A stretch of 64,000 bases of DNA, taken from Terriglobia bacterium. GTDB lineage: Bacteria > Acidobacteriota > Terriglobia > JAJPHL01 > JAPKYU01. Shown one piece after another: positions 39,357 through 49,630 of the stretch (position 1 is the first letter of the stretch; each line of letters begins with the position of its first letter). The notes under the pieces were generated by a model that was given only the letters and a program-made list of their open reading frames with translations, was not told the DNA's origin and did no database searches. The position numbers and the translations under genes are program-made. Where the stretch lies: contig CBDCVK010000002.1 in the NCBI GenBank assembly GCA_965223005.1, positions 64,001-128,000 on the forward strand, read 5' to 3'.

Positions 39357-40532
39357 ATGGAAGGAAATTCTGTGATTCGCAAGCTTGGTCGGCGCCTGCG
39401 CCTAGGCGTGGTGGGCGGTGGCCCCGGCTCTTTCATCGGTGAGATCCATCGAGTTGCCTCACGGCTCGACAACCGTTACGAGATTGTCGCCTCCGTGCTG
39501 TCGTCGAATCCAGAACGCTCGCGAGCCGCCGGAAGGGACATCGGGTTGCCCGAAGATCGCGCCTACAGCCGCTTTGAGGAAATGATGGACAGCGAGGCCG
39601 GACGGAAGGACGGTATCGAAGTCCTGGCTATTATGACGCCGAACGGGAGTCACTACGCACAATGTAGAGCCGCAATAGACCGCACCGTCGACATTATCTG
39701 CGACAAGCCACTAACCACCAAGGTACAGGACGCAGTTGACCTGGTCCGCCGGGTACACAACAGTGGGCTCGTTTGCTGTGTGACCTACAACTACAGCGCT
39801 TATCCGATGGTGCGGCAGGCGAAAGCCATGGTTCAGGCCGGCGCGCTGGGAGAGATCCGCATCGTGCAAACCGAATACGTCCAGGGACATCTCATAAGAT
39901 GGGTGGAGGACTTGTGGCGCGGTTCATGGCGGATGGACCCCGATGCGATCGGCGCTCCTTATGTAGTAGGCGACATCGCGACTCATGCCCACCACCTGGC
40001 CGAGTTCGTAACAGGGCTGAAGCTGAGCCGGTTGTGCGCCGATCTCGACGCTACCGTGCCGGGACGCAAGTTTTGCGACTATTCTGCTTTCTTGTTGCGC
40101 TACGACAACGGAGCCCACGGCATGATGTGGGCTACTCAGGCGGCCGCCGGTGCTTGCCATGGTCTCATGATCCGCGTTCACGGTGAAAAAGGCGGGCTGG
40201 AATGGTATCAGGAGCACCCCAACCATTTGCGCTTCGCTCCCGTGGGACAACCTGTTCAGGTGCTGGAACGAGACGGCCCCGGTTTGCTGCCGGCAAGTCA
40301 AAGGGTGACGCGGGCCGGATTCGGCCACCCGGAAGGCTATCATGAAACTTTCGCGACCCTTTACACCGATGCCGCCGAAGCGATCGCCGCTCGGCGAACG
40401 GGAACCGAAGCCGATCCGGAGCTCGACTTCCCGACCGTGGAAGACGGCGCAAGAGGTGTGAGGTTTATGGAGGCAGCCCTGCAATCGAGCCAAGCCGGCG
40501 GCACTTGGGTCGACTGTACCCTAAGGCTCTAA
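39357..40532 (+). CDS. Gfo/Idh/MocA family oxidoreductase
   Basis: LGVVGGGPGSFIG, TPNGSH, CDKP, GDIATH. Confidence 0.92.
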   Translation: MEGNSVIRKLGRRLRLGVVGGGPGSFIGEIHRVASRLDNRYEIVASVLSSNPERSRAAGRDIGLPEDRAYSRFEEMMDSEAGRKDGIEVLAIMTPNGSHYAQCRAAIDRTVDIICDKPLTTKVQDAVDLVRRVHNSGLVCCVTYNYSAYPMVRQAKAMVQAGALGEIRIVQTEYVQGHLIRWVEDLWRGSWRMDPDAIGAPYVVGDIATHAHHLAEFVTGLKLSRLCADLDATVPGRKFCDYSAFLLRYDNGAHGMMWATQAAAGACHGLMIRVHGEKGGLEWYQEHPNHLRFAPVGQPVQVLERDGPGLLPASQRVTRAGFGHPEGYHETFATLYTDAAEAIAARRTGTEADPELDFPTVEDGARGVRFMEAALQSSQAGGTWVDCTLRL

Positions 40533-40569
40533 GGCCTAGAATTATCCCAGCAATCTCGAGGACACGCCG

Positions 40570-41145
40570 ATGAGCCCCGCGACCCATTTCCTTGTGGGAT
40601 GGATGGTTGCCAACACTGGCGGTTTGAACCGCCGTGAACGCACGGCGGTAAGCGTCGCCGGCGTGATTCCCGACATCGATGGTTTAGGCGCCATCCCTGA
40701 AGTCCTCACGCAGAATAGCTCGCATCCTCTTAATTGGTTCTCCGACTATCACCATACATTTCACAACTTGACTTTTGCTGTCGTGGTGGCGTCGATCAGC
40801 TTCGCCCTGGCCACGCGTCGGTGGAAAATTGCGGCGCTGGCCTTTTTGAGTTTCCACCTGCACCTGCTGGGTGATCTCCTCGGTGCCCGCGGCCCAGACG
40901 GTTACCAGTGGCCGATTCCTTACCTTTTGCCTTTCTCGCGCGCTTGGGAATGGACCTGGGAAGGCCAATGGGCGCTGAATGCCTGGCCGAATTTTCTTAT
41001 TACCTTCGTGCTGCTTTTGGCGACGTTCTACTTAGCTTGGCAGCAAGGCTTTTCGCCCCTCGAAATGCTTTCTTCCTCGGCCGATAACGCTTTTGTGAGA
41101 ACCCTTCGCGCTCGCTTTGCACACCGCGCGACGGATCAGCAATAA
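40570..41145 (+). CDS. membrane metal-dependent hydrolase (YdjM/LexA-binding family)
   Basis: MSPATH, PDID, HHTFH, HLHLLGD. Confidence 0.85.
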   Translation: MSPATHFLVGWMVANTGGLNRRERTAVSVAGVIPDIDGLGAIPEVLTQNSSHPLNWFSDYHHTFHNLTFAVVVASISFALATRRWKIAALAFLSFHLHLLGDLLGARGPDGYQWPIPYLLPFSRAWEWTWEGQWALNAWPNFLITFVLLLATFYLAWQQGFSPLEMLSSSADNAFVRTLRARFAHRATDQQ

Positions 41146-41222
41146 ATACTGCAATAGCCTGTTCCAGAATCGGTTTGGTTATAGTTCGTGCCAGCAAGGG
41201 GGTGGCTGGCGTAGAATATTGA

Positions 41223-43316
41223 GTGGAGCAAAAGTTGAAATCAAAACTTTCTATTGGAACATTCTTAGCGGTTTTCTCACTCCTCTGGGGCATTCGAGGC
41301 CTGCCATTATCGGCTGAGGAGGGGATGTATCTGCCGGGCGGGCTCCCACTCGAGGCCCTGCAAACTCGCTACGGCTTTTCGCCCACTCCTGAATGGCTCA
41401 AGCTCCTCCAGCACGCCTCGGTACGCTTCCCCAACGGCTCAGGCTCCTTTGTATCCTCTCAAGGATTGGTGTTTACCAATCATCACATTGCTCTCGATTG
41501 CGTCGAGAAGCTGAGCAGTGAGGAAGACAATCTGGTAAAAAACGGCTTTGTCGCCACCACTCAGGCCAAGGAAAAAAAGTGCCCTGACATGGAGCTAAAT
41601 GTTTTACAAACCATTCGCAACGTCACCCAGAAGGTTGAGTCTTCCGTGGAGCTCGAGATGGCCCCCTCCGAGGCCAGCCGTGCTCGCCGCGCCTTGATGA
41701 ACACGCTTGAAAGTGCGGAATCCGAAAACACCGGTCTTGAATGCCAGGTCGTCACCCTCTGGCACGGTGCCCGCTATCACCTTTACTGCTACAAGCGATA
41801 CACCGACGTGCGGCTCGTTTTTGTTCCCGAGCTGGATGCGGCCCGCTTCGGCGGCGACCCGGACAACTTCGAGTTTCCCCGCTTCACTCTGGATGCTGCA
41901 CTCTTCCGTGCCTACGACCAGGGAAAGCCGGTCACTCCGGAGGCTCACTTTGCCTGGCGCACGGAACCTCTTCAGGATGGAGAACTCGTCTTCGTGACGG
42001 GGCACCCAGGGCGAACCGAGCGGCAGGACACGGTTGCCACCATCAAGTTCCTGCGCGATACCTCCTATCCGAACCTGTTGAACCTCCTGCGCAGGTTTGA
42101 GATTGCCTTACAGCAGTTTAGCTTTGAAGGTCCCGAACAGGCCCGCATCGCCGACAAGCGGCTTTTCAGTGTTCAGAACGCCCGAAAGGCCTACACGGGT
42201 TTCCTCCAAAAACTCCAAGACCCGGTCTTTATGCGCGTCAAAGAACAGTCCGAAGCTGCGCTGCGGGCCCGTCTCCAGGAGAACTCCGAACTCCACTCCC
42301 GTTACGGAAGCGGCTGGGACGAGATCACACAGGCCGAAGCGGATCGTGCCCGCATCAATCAGAAATGGCTAATGCTCGAGCGTGGCTACGGTTTCTACTC
42401 GCGGCTCTTCCGCGTTGCGCGAACCCTGGTGCGCCTGACGGCAGAGCGCGAAAAACCCAACGCCGAGCGACTCCGGGAGTACAGCGACGCCAACATCCCT
42501 TCGCTTGAGCAGGTCCTTTTCTCCCCTGCGCCCATCTACGAAAACCTGGAAGTAGCCACGCTCAGCGACTCCCTGGCTCTACTTGTCGAGAAACTCGGTG
42601 CTGGGAACGATCTGGTGAAAAAGGTGCTCGCGGGAAAAAGTCCCAGGGAGCGAGCCTATGAGCTGGTCGATGGAACAAAAGTGAAAGACGTTGCCTTTCG
42701 CCGCCAGCTTGCTGAGGGAGGCCTCGAAGCTGTCAAAGCGTCGGAGGATCCAATGATCGGATTGGCGCTGGCTGTTGATCCTGCCGCGCGCCGGCTGAGG
42801 AAGATTGCCGAGGAAAGTAACGAACGCAAACGTCAAGCTTATGCCAAACTTTTCCAGGCGATTCGCGCCCTGGAAGGCACCGCCGGCTACCCTGACGCCA
42901 CGTTCACCCTCCGTGTGAGCTTTGGCAGCGTGAAGGGTTACCAGGAAAGCGGCCAGGAGGTTTCCTACGCGAGTACCTTCAGAGGTCTTTTCCAGCGCGC
43001 CGCCGAACATGAAAACCTCCGGCCATGGGAGTTGCCTCCGCGCTGGCTGGCTCGAAAGCAAAAACTGGACCTTGCCCTTCCCCTCAACTTTGTCAGCACC
43101 CACGACATCACCGGCGGCAACTCGGGCAGTCCCGTCATTGACGGCAACGGCGAAGTCGTCGGCATCATTTTCGACTCAAATATCCAAGGCCTGGGAAACG
43201 AGTTTGCGTATTCCGACACCCAGGCCCGAGCCGTTTCCGTTAGCGCCCAGGCTGTCCTCGAGGCCCTCCGCAAAATCTACGACGCTCCAACCCTCGCCGA
43301 CGAACTGACCAGATGA
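41223..43316 (+). CDS. S46 family dipeptidyl peptidase
   Basis: Signal peptide then EEGMY; TNHH, FGGDPDNFEFPR, YPDATFTLR, DITGGNSGSPV. Confidence 0.93.
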   Translation: MEQKLKSKLSIGTFLAVFSLLWGIRGLPLSAEEGMYLPGGLPLEALQTRYGFSPTPEWLKLLQHASVRFPNGSGSFVSSQGLVFTNHHIALDCVEKLSSEEDNLVKNGFVATTQAKEKKCPDMELNVLQTIRNVTQKVESSVELEMAPSEASRARRALMNTLESAESENTGLECQVVTLWHGARYHLYCYKRYTDVRLVFVPELDAARFGGDPDNFEFPRFTLDAALFRAYDQGKPVTPEAHFAWRTEPLQDGELVFVTGHPGRTERQDTVATIKFLRDTSYPNLLNLLRRFEIALQQFSFEGPEQARIADKRLFSVQNARKAYTGFLQKLQDPVFMRVKEQSEAALRARLQENSELHSRYGSGWDEITQAEADRARINQKWLMLERGYGFYSRLFRVARTLVRLTAEREKPNAERLREYSDANIPSLEQVLFSPAPIYENLEVATLSDSLALLVEKLGAGNDLVKKVLAGKSPRERAYELVDGTKVKDVAFRRQLAEGGLEAVKASEDPMIGLALAVDPAARRLRKIAEESNERKRQAYAKLFQAIRALEGTAGYPDATFTLRVSFGSVKGYQESGQEVSYASTFRGLFQRAAEHENLRPWELPPRWLARKQKLDLALPLNFVSTHDITGGNSGSPVIDGNGEVVGIIFDSNIQGLGNEFAYSDTQARAVSVSAQAVLEALRKIYDAPTLADELTR

Positions 43317-43568
43317 TTCCGTTTTGCTAGTCTGCGAAACAGCTGCACGGGTCGAACGGTGGGCAAGGCACGGAGATTTTCTCAGATGTGAGAAATTCAA
43401 TATACACAGCTCGCCCAGCGTGCCTCCCGAAGGTGTCCGATATGGGTGCGATCCTGTAGATGACAGAGGCCATGGCAATCTGCGCTTGAGTCAGCAGTGC
43501 GGCTGGCGTATGCTTGGGGGCGGAAAAAAGCTCGGATCGGAGATTCTCGTTACAGGGAGAGCATCAAG

Positions 43569-46164
43569 ATGAAGAAGTCACGTCTGATCTTATTTGTTGG
43601 ACTCATCCTTAGCTTTTGGCAGTGGTGCCTCGGCGACAACGCTGACCTTCGATGAGCTGCCCCGGCAGTCGGTGGATGGCCTGAGTTTCATGGGGGTCAC
43701 TCTTGGTTTCACCTCGAGCGATGCCCGTTACAACGCCGGCGGTCCGGTGGACGTCACCTTTGTTCAGGATCCATCTTTAGAGGGAGATGCAAGCGGTATC
43801 CTGACGCTGGATTTCGACGTACCCACACCGACGCTTCAGTTTGGCGTGGCGCGAAGTACAGGCAGTGCCTTAACGCCCGGATTCACGGTAGAACTTTTTG
43901 ATTCATCATTGGTGTCTCTGGGCGTTACCCCAGTGAACACAACCCCCTTGATTTCCTTCTCTGAGGCGCAGTTCAGCCATTCCGGCACGTCTGTCAAACG
44001 GGCCATCATTACCTTTCCCAACCCAGAGCTAGCCACTCGCTTTGCCTTCGACAACCTCACCTTCGAGGGAGGAGGTCCTGCACCTGTTCCGGACCCTCCG
44101 GGTCTTTCTCCCGAAACCATTAGCCTGACCACGGGACCCACGGAGATGCCGGGCTTCAGCTTCGAAGTCCAGGCCCCGGGTACTCCGGCCCTGCAAGGTT
44201 CCAGTAGCAAGGGGTTACCCACCTTCGAGATCGTAAGCGTCAGCAACGTGGTGAACTGGACCGCAAGCGTGAAGTTACTGAGTGTGCCGGGGGCCAACTG
44301 GCTCACCATCAGTCCCACGTCGGGTAGCGCCACCCCGGAGCAGCCGTCGCGCGTGACAGGCCAGGTGGATGCCACCAAGCTGCCGGGCCCAGGCACCTAT
44401 CAGGCCGAGATTGCGGTCACCAGCAACCCGACGGTGATCCTTCCAGTGACGGTGGTCGTCCGGCCGGCTGGCGCCAGGTTATCGGTGAGCCAGACCTCAA
44501 TCCTGTTTCAAAGCGTGAGCAGCGGACCCCTTACGCCATCGCAAACGCTGACCATTTCCAATGAAGGAGACGGAACGCTGAACTGGTCGCTTTCCGGGCT
44601 GCCTCCCTGGCTGACAGCTTCCGCCCAGTCTGGAACCGCTACCGCTGGAGCCCCGGGCGCTGCCGTCGAACTGACGGCCGATCCCTCGAGCTTCGGTTCC
44701 GGCGTCAACAGCGCGCTGCTGACGGTATCGGCCTCGGGGGCCAGTAACAACCCACAGGTGGTGACGGTCGTGCTTTTGACAGTGCCGGGCGCTACCCCGG
44801 CAACGGCCGAGATCAGCCCGACCGCGCTGGTGTTTGTGGCTGAACAGGGCCAGCCGGCTCCCTCAGCTCAAACCGTTGCGGTCAGCAACGTCGGCGGCGG
44901 GACGCTTTCCTATACCTTCACAGCTTCGACTACTACCGGCGGCAATTGGCTGACCCTAACAGGGCAGGCCGGTTCCGCTCCAGGGGAGGTCACGGTCTTA
45001 GCGAATCCTTCAGGGCTGCCCCTCGGCCTGTATAGTGGGACGCTGAGCACCGTCGGGGTGGAGCTAAAGGTGGAAGTGTTGTTGCTTGTGGTGGAGCAGG
45101 GGAGTGCGCTGCGGGCGCAGGCGCTGGGTCTGCCCGGCGCGGCCCAGTGCGATCCGATGGGGCTTGAGCTGCTGGCTACCACCATCGGCACCGGGCTGAG
45201 CTTGCCAGTTTCCTTTCCCCGGGTGTTGACCGCGTTGGTGGTGGACGACTGCGGTACCGCGGTGAACAATGCCACGTTGGTGGCAGCCGTCGAAGGCTTA
45301 AACATCCCACTGCGTACGCTGGGCACCGGTTTTTACAGCGGCACGTGGACGCCGGTGAGCGCGGCGGACGAGGTTCTGGTCACCTTTGCGGCGCTGCATC
45401 CCACCCTGACCAAGGCGCAGCGCTCTTTTACGGTGGAGACGGCAGCTGCGCCGGGGGGCGCCACTTTGCCGTTGTTGTTTGCCGACGGGGTGGTGGAAGG
45501 GGCCGGTTTCACGAAGCGGCGGCCGCTGTCTGGCGGCGGCATCATCTCCCTGTTCGGTGCGAGCTTTGCCACCGAGAACAACTTCGCCGGCTTCCCGCTC
45601 CCGCGGGAGCTGGCCGGGGTTAGCGTGCGGGTAGGAAACGAGGACGCGCCGCTGTTTTTCGTGGGCCCGGGGCAGATTAACGCGCAGCTGCCGTTTGAGG
45701 TGAGCACGGGCGACAGCGTTCCAGTCGCCATCACCGTGGACGGCTTGCTGACCGCGCCGCAGAACTACCTGATTGCTGCTGGGCAGCCAGGCATCTTCAT
45801 TTCCGGCGAGAACGCCGCCATCCTGGACGCCTCGTTCCAGCTGGTGACAGCCCAGAACCCGGCGCGGGCCGGCGACACGATACAGATCTTCTGCACCGGC
45901 TTGGGGGCGGTGGATGTGGCAGTGGAGACGGGAGCCCCGGGTCCCTCGTTCAGCACCGTCGAGGTGCCGGTAAAGGTGACGATCGGAGGGATTGACGCTG
46001 CGGTAGCCTTCCAGGGTCTGGCGCCGGGCTTTGTGGGGCTCTACCAGGTGAACGTGGTGGTGCCCGCCGGCGTTACGCCGGGCGGCGCGGTCCCGCTGGT
46101 CCTGACCCAGGACGGGATTGTCGCCAACCCGGATCCGCCTGTGACCATCCCTGTGGTGCCCTGA
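43569..46164 (+). pseudogene. TIGR03437-type secreted protein with BACON/Ig-like domains, +1 frameshift in the signal peptide
   Basis: RBS and ATG at 43569 (MKKSRLILFVGLI) are out of frame with the 856-aa body; C-terminal GQINAQLP...FCTGLG...GLAPGFVGLYQVN. Confidence 0.8.
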
Positions 46165-46220
46165 GCCGGTGGCGGTCGAGACGCTTGGCTTTGGTCCTGG
46201 CCGCACTCCAGCTTAGGTTG

Positions 46221-46274
46221 CTAGACGCGTCCCTTTCAGGGCGGAAACGCGGGTCGAATCCCGCAGGGGACGCC
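46221..46274 (+). pseudogene. degenerate tRNA-Glu(TTC) 3' fragment (att-like)
   Basis: CCCTTTCAGGGCGGAAACGCGGGTCGAATCCCGCAGGGGACGCC; anticodon arm, T arm and acceptor 3' strand present, no 5' half. Confidence 0.75.
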
Positions 46275-46275
46275 C

Positions 46276-47301
46276 CTACCGCTTGACGTATTTCCTCAAC
46301 ATCCGCGGGCCAACCTCTGCCCCGTACAAGTTACCCATCGCATCGGCCGCAACGCCTTCCGCCCCGCTCGTACTGGAGTTGTCCGGATCCGGTTCAGGGT
46401 CTGGAATGAAGGCCGCGACCCGGCCGTCTTTGGCGCTCCCGATTCGGATACCTCTCTTCCAGCCCGGGTTCCGGCGCGCGTTCGACTCCGAGTCGGCCAC
46501 ATAAATGGTGTCGTCTTCAGCAATGAACAGCCCGCTCGGCCGACCGAATTGTGTCCAGTGCGCGACGTAGTTTCCCTCCTGGTCGAAGATCTGGATCCGA
46601 TTGTTGCCCCGGTCGCCGACGAACAGCCGTCCTTGGGAATCCATGGCGAGGGCGTGGGGATCTTGGAACTCACCGGGTTCTGTTCCTGTTTTCCCCCAGG
46701 CCTTGATGAATTTCCCATCGCTGGAAAACTTGACCACGCGGTTATTACCATCCTCACCATGGCCATCCACGACAATATGACCATCCACGACAAAAACGTT
46801 GCCATTGGGAGCAACCAGCACATCAGACGGCCCATTGAAGATGTCCGGACCCTTCCCGGCGACCCCCGCGGTGCCCAGAGTCATCAACACCTTTCCGTCC
46901 GGATTGAACTGGAAGACTTGATGGCCCTTTCCGGTTGCTCCCTGTGCGTCGGTCACCCACACGTTTCCGTCCTGGTCCACATCGATACCGTGGGGCCACA
47001 CAAACATCCCCTGGCCAAAACTCCTCACCAGCTTGCCTGACGAATCAAACAAGAGGATCGGCGGGACATCATCTCGACCGACGCAGCTGTTTTGGCCACA
47101 TCTCTCCGCTACCCATATGCCGCCGTCCTGAGCCGGATGCACCGCGCTCGTCGATCCCCACTTCCTTCCCTCGGGGAGCTGCGCCCAACCCTCGACACTG
47201 CGATACGGATTATCTTGGGCGCGTGCCGCCATTCCAAACACCGCGACCATCGCGACGATGCCTACCCCAAGCGTGAATCCCATCCGACCTGAATGTGACA
47301 C
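46276..47301 (-). CDS. secreted NHL-repeat protein (peptidyl-alpha-hydroxyglycine lyase-like)
   Basis: Signal peptide; WPHGIDVDQDGNVWVTD, FNGPSDV, FQDPHALAMD, DRGNNRIQIFD. Confidence 0.9.
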   Translation of the reverse strand: MSHSGRMGFTLGVGIVAMVAVFGMAARAQDNPYRSVEGWAQLPEGRKWGSTSAVHPAQDGGIWVAERCGQNSCVGRDDVPPILLFDSSGKLVRSFGQGMFVWPHGIDVDQDGNVWVTDAQGATGKGHQVFQFNPDGKVLMTLGTAGVAGKGPDIFNGPSDVLVAPNGNVFVVDGHIVVDGHGEDGNNRVVKFSSDGKFIKAWGKTGTEPGEFQDPHALAMDSQGRLFVGDRGNNRIQIFDQEGNYVAHWTQFGRPSGLFIAEDDTIYVADSESNARRNPGWKRGIRIGSAKDGRVAAFIPDPEPDPDNSSTSGAEGVAADAMGNLYGAEVGPRMLRKYVKR

Positions 47302-47553
47302 CGCAGCTCTCCTTTAGAAGAATTCGCGTTGCAAGTATAACCTGAGTGCATAAGTTACTCTTTGAACTGAATCGAGTAAAGATCAGCGTCCCTCCGCATC
47401 TGCATACGCATTCGGCCACTGGGCCGCCGCCCCCGCAGGCGCACTCCATCTAAGACAGGTGCACCCACTGGTCCCGCAGCGGCGCCGGCGACCTGTATCT
47501 CTCCTTGTCGCCCGCTATCGTTACCAACTACAATTCTGACTTCTGAGGCTGGC

Positions 47554-47594
47554 TTGCCCTTTCAAGGCGGGAACGTGGGTTCTGGGCGACGCAA
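47554..47594 (+). pseudogene. second degenerate tRNA-Glu(TTC) 3' fragment
   Basis: TTGCCCTTTCAAGGCGGGAACGTGGGTTC-(gap)-TGGGCGACGCAA; T arm partly deleted. Confidence 0.6.
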
Positions 47595-47638
47595 TGCCTG
47601 TTGCTGAGTTGCACTTCACTGGAAGAGAGGAGCTCACT

Positions 47639-47830
47639 ATGAACACTGAAATTCTGGCCGCTGCCGTTCTGGCTGCTGGCTTTGTCGGCGCTGGGCGCCT
47701 GTTGCTGCACTCCGGGCGCCTGGACGACACTCTGCGCGAAAAGTTCGTGGAGTACTATGTGTTCGTAAGCGAAGTCGCGCGCGTCAAGAGCGAGAAGAAA
47801 AGTAGGAAGAAGAAACGCGGGGCCCGATAG
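47639..47830 (+). CDS. small membrane protein with basic tail
   Basis: GAGGAG RBS; N-terminal hydrophobic helix; KKSRKKKRGAR C-terminus. Confidence 0.6.
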   Translation: MNTEILAAAVLAAGFVGAGRLLLHSGRLDDTLREKFVEYYVFVSEVARVKSEKKSRKKKRGAR

Positions 47831-47879
47831 GCCGCGCGGTGGCAGCGCCGGACAATGCGCGTAATGGGCCGTCCTGTTT

Positions 47880-48185
47880 TCACCGGGCAGCTTCAGCGAA
47901 AGCCGCGTGGCGCATAGGATCTGCCAGTCTGGATGGTTCAATCGGTTCCTCCCAGGCAAGACGCATTTTCAGGGGTGCGTATCTTTGCGGTTGTTCCTCT
48001 GTATCGATAGGGTTGACGCCGGGCCGCTTGAGCGCGGACAGATAAACCAGCAACCACGTTCGCGGGCCACCGATCTGGGCAAACGGGATCTTGCGGCGCT
48101 CGGCCCACCAGCGGATGGTGCGGGCTGGGATGCCGGTGGCGCGTGCCGCATCGGCGATACGAACCCAATCGTGTGATCTGGACAT
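47880..48185 (-). CDS. excisionase-like / MerR-type HTH DNA-binding protein
   Basis: WVRIADAARATGIPARTIRWWAERRKIPFAQIGG. Confidence 0.75.
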   Translation of the reverse strand: MSRSHDWVRIADAARATGIPARTIRWWAERRKIPFAQIGGPRTWLLVYLSALKRPGVNPIDTEEQPQRYAPLKMRLAWEEPIEPSRLADPMRHAAFAEAAR

Positions 48186-48310
48186 GCTGCTGTTTCGCCC
48201 CGTTTCTCAGAGAGTACGCGGGATCTGCCGCGTGCTGCTGCTGACTGCTGCCGATGAAACAGTCGGACCTGAAACCAGACGTCGCGTTTCTGCGATCCCG
48301 AAGATCTTTG

Positions 48311-48919
48311 CTACATCCGCAGGCCACTCCGGGCAGCCACGTACTGCTCGAACGAGAGCCACGTCGCGGCGCCGCGACGTGCTCGCCGCACATTGAACGC
48401 GCGCATGCGGTCGCCACACCGCTTGCAAAGTCCGCTGCGATTATTCGCCCCGAGGTGAGTTCCGCAGCTCTGGTTTCGGCAGTGCCGGACCGTCCCACTG
48501 TTCTGGAGTCGCCCCACGGTCGGCGGGGCAGTGCTTTCAGCGAATTGCGGGGCGCGAAGCGCTGCGGAGATGACTGCCGAGATGGTCAGCTGCTGCGCTT
48601 CTTTCTCCGGCCCTTTGACGGACCCGAGCATGGTGCCCAAGACAGCTTCAGGCTCGCGGAACATACGGTAATGGTGGACGCACACGCCTTCGGCCGCCAC
48701 GGGCCACACACAGGCCGGGTCAGCTGAACAGTGTGAAGCGCGAGGTGGGGTTTGCCGGATGGACGGCGAAGATTGTCGGTTCGTAGCCATGCTTTCTGCT
48801 CCTGTCGGCAGCCTTGTGGCGGTTGCCTGAGTTGCCCACTCACACCACATCTTGGGCGCGAACGATTCCATGTCCGCCAGTGGGTGGGCCGGGCCTCGGG
48901 AATTTGTTGCTTTTGCCAT
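48311..48919 (-). CDS. hypothetical protein with two putative Zn-binding modules
   Basis: CSADPAC...CVHH and CRNQSC...GLCKRC; first long ORF divergent from the XRE gene. Confidence 0.55.
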   Translation of the reverse strand: MAKATNSRGPAHPLADMESFAPKMWCEWATQATATRLPTGAESMATNRQSSPSIRQTPPRASHCSADPACVWPVAAEGVCVHHYRMFREPEAVLGTMLGSVKGPEKEAQQLTISAVISAALRAPQFAESTAPPTVGRLQNSGTVRHCRNQSCGTHLGANNRSGLCKRCGDRMRAFNVRRARRGAATWLSFEQYVAARSGLRM

Positions 48920-49000
48920 TGCTTCTTGTTGCCAAGCGCGCTACATAAGAGTCTGGAACCGCTTTTCAGGCGAACGCGGTCCCAGCGGGGAGCGTCCTCC

Positions 49001-49041
49001 TGAGTTACACATGTATAACACTTGAGTTACTCAAGTGTCAA
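49001..49041. promoter_or_regulatory. operator palindromes overlapping a leftward sigma70 promoter
   Basis: ACACTTGAGT-T-ACTCAAGTGT (49018-49038); near-palindrome GTTACACATGTATAAC (49004-49019); minus strand TTGACA-18-TATACA. Confidence 0.8.
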
Positions 49042-49050
49042 TAGTTTTTC

Positions 49051-49515
49051 ATGAACATCGGCAGGAAAATCAAGGCTGTTCGCAAGCGACTGAAACTAAG
49101 CCGTTCAGATCTTGCACGTCTGACTGACCTGGCCTACTCGACCATCAGTTCCTACGAGCAGGGAACTCGAAAACCACCCCGGCAGTTCCTCCAGATGCTG
49201 GAGGAACTCGAACGGGCAGCCGGCAGTCCTGCCGGGATCGCCTCTGCTAGCGAACGCACGGACCTTCCGAGCTTGAGGAGCCGCTTATTGGCGCTGGAAG
49301 CCAGGGTGGGTGCTTTCGAGAACCGGTTTGCTGCGTTGGAGGCGCGCTCAGCGCAGCTGGAGGCGCGCGCCGAGTCCGCCTCGACGCCTTCTGCCGACGC
49401 GCCAGGTGTCGCGGTCCGGGGGCCGATCCAGGTTGGCGGTCAGGATCAGTCCGCGCCGGAGAAGCAGCTCGATGAGAAAACGACTGAGAAAAAGGCCCGC
49501 CAGCAGGAGCACTGA
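49051..49515 (+). CDS. XRE-family HTH repressor with coiled-coil C-terminus
   Basis: IGRKIKAVRKRLKLSRSDLARLTDLAYSTISSYEQGTRKP; no SD, so probably leaderless. Confidence 0.88.
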   Translation: MNIGRKIKAVRKRLKLSRSDLARLTDLAYSTISSYEQGTRKPPRQFLQMLEELERAAGSPAGIASASERTDLPSLRSRLLALEARVGAFENRFAALEARSAQLEARAESASTPSADAPGVAVRGPIQVGGQDQSAPEKQLDEKTTEKKARQQEH

Positions 49516-49630
49516 GGGCGCCGAGAAGACCGACGTCCAGCTTCTCGAAATCCTTCGCCACCTGCCTGTCGCTCGCCGGCGCGGCTACTTCCAGGAGATT
49601 CTGAGCGAGGTGGGGCCGGCGACCGAGTGA
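49472..49630 (+). CDS. small hypothetical protein (or frameshifted tail of the repressor)
   Basis: DVQLLEILRHLPVARRRGYFQEIL; its stop overlaps the next start (GTGA). Confidence 0.4.
   Translation: MRKRLRKRPASRSTEGAEKTDVQLLEILRHLPVARRRGYFQEILSEVGPATE

Noticed and set aside
46221-46274. Functional tRNA-Glu gene
   Set aside because: No 5' acceptor strand or D arm, the T loop lacks a base, and there is no CCA
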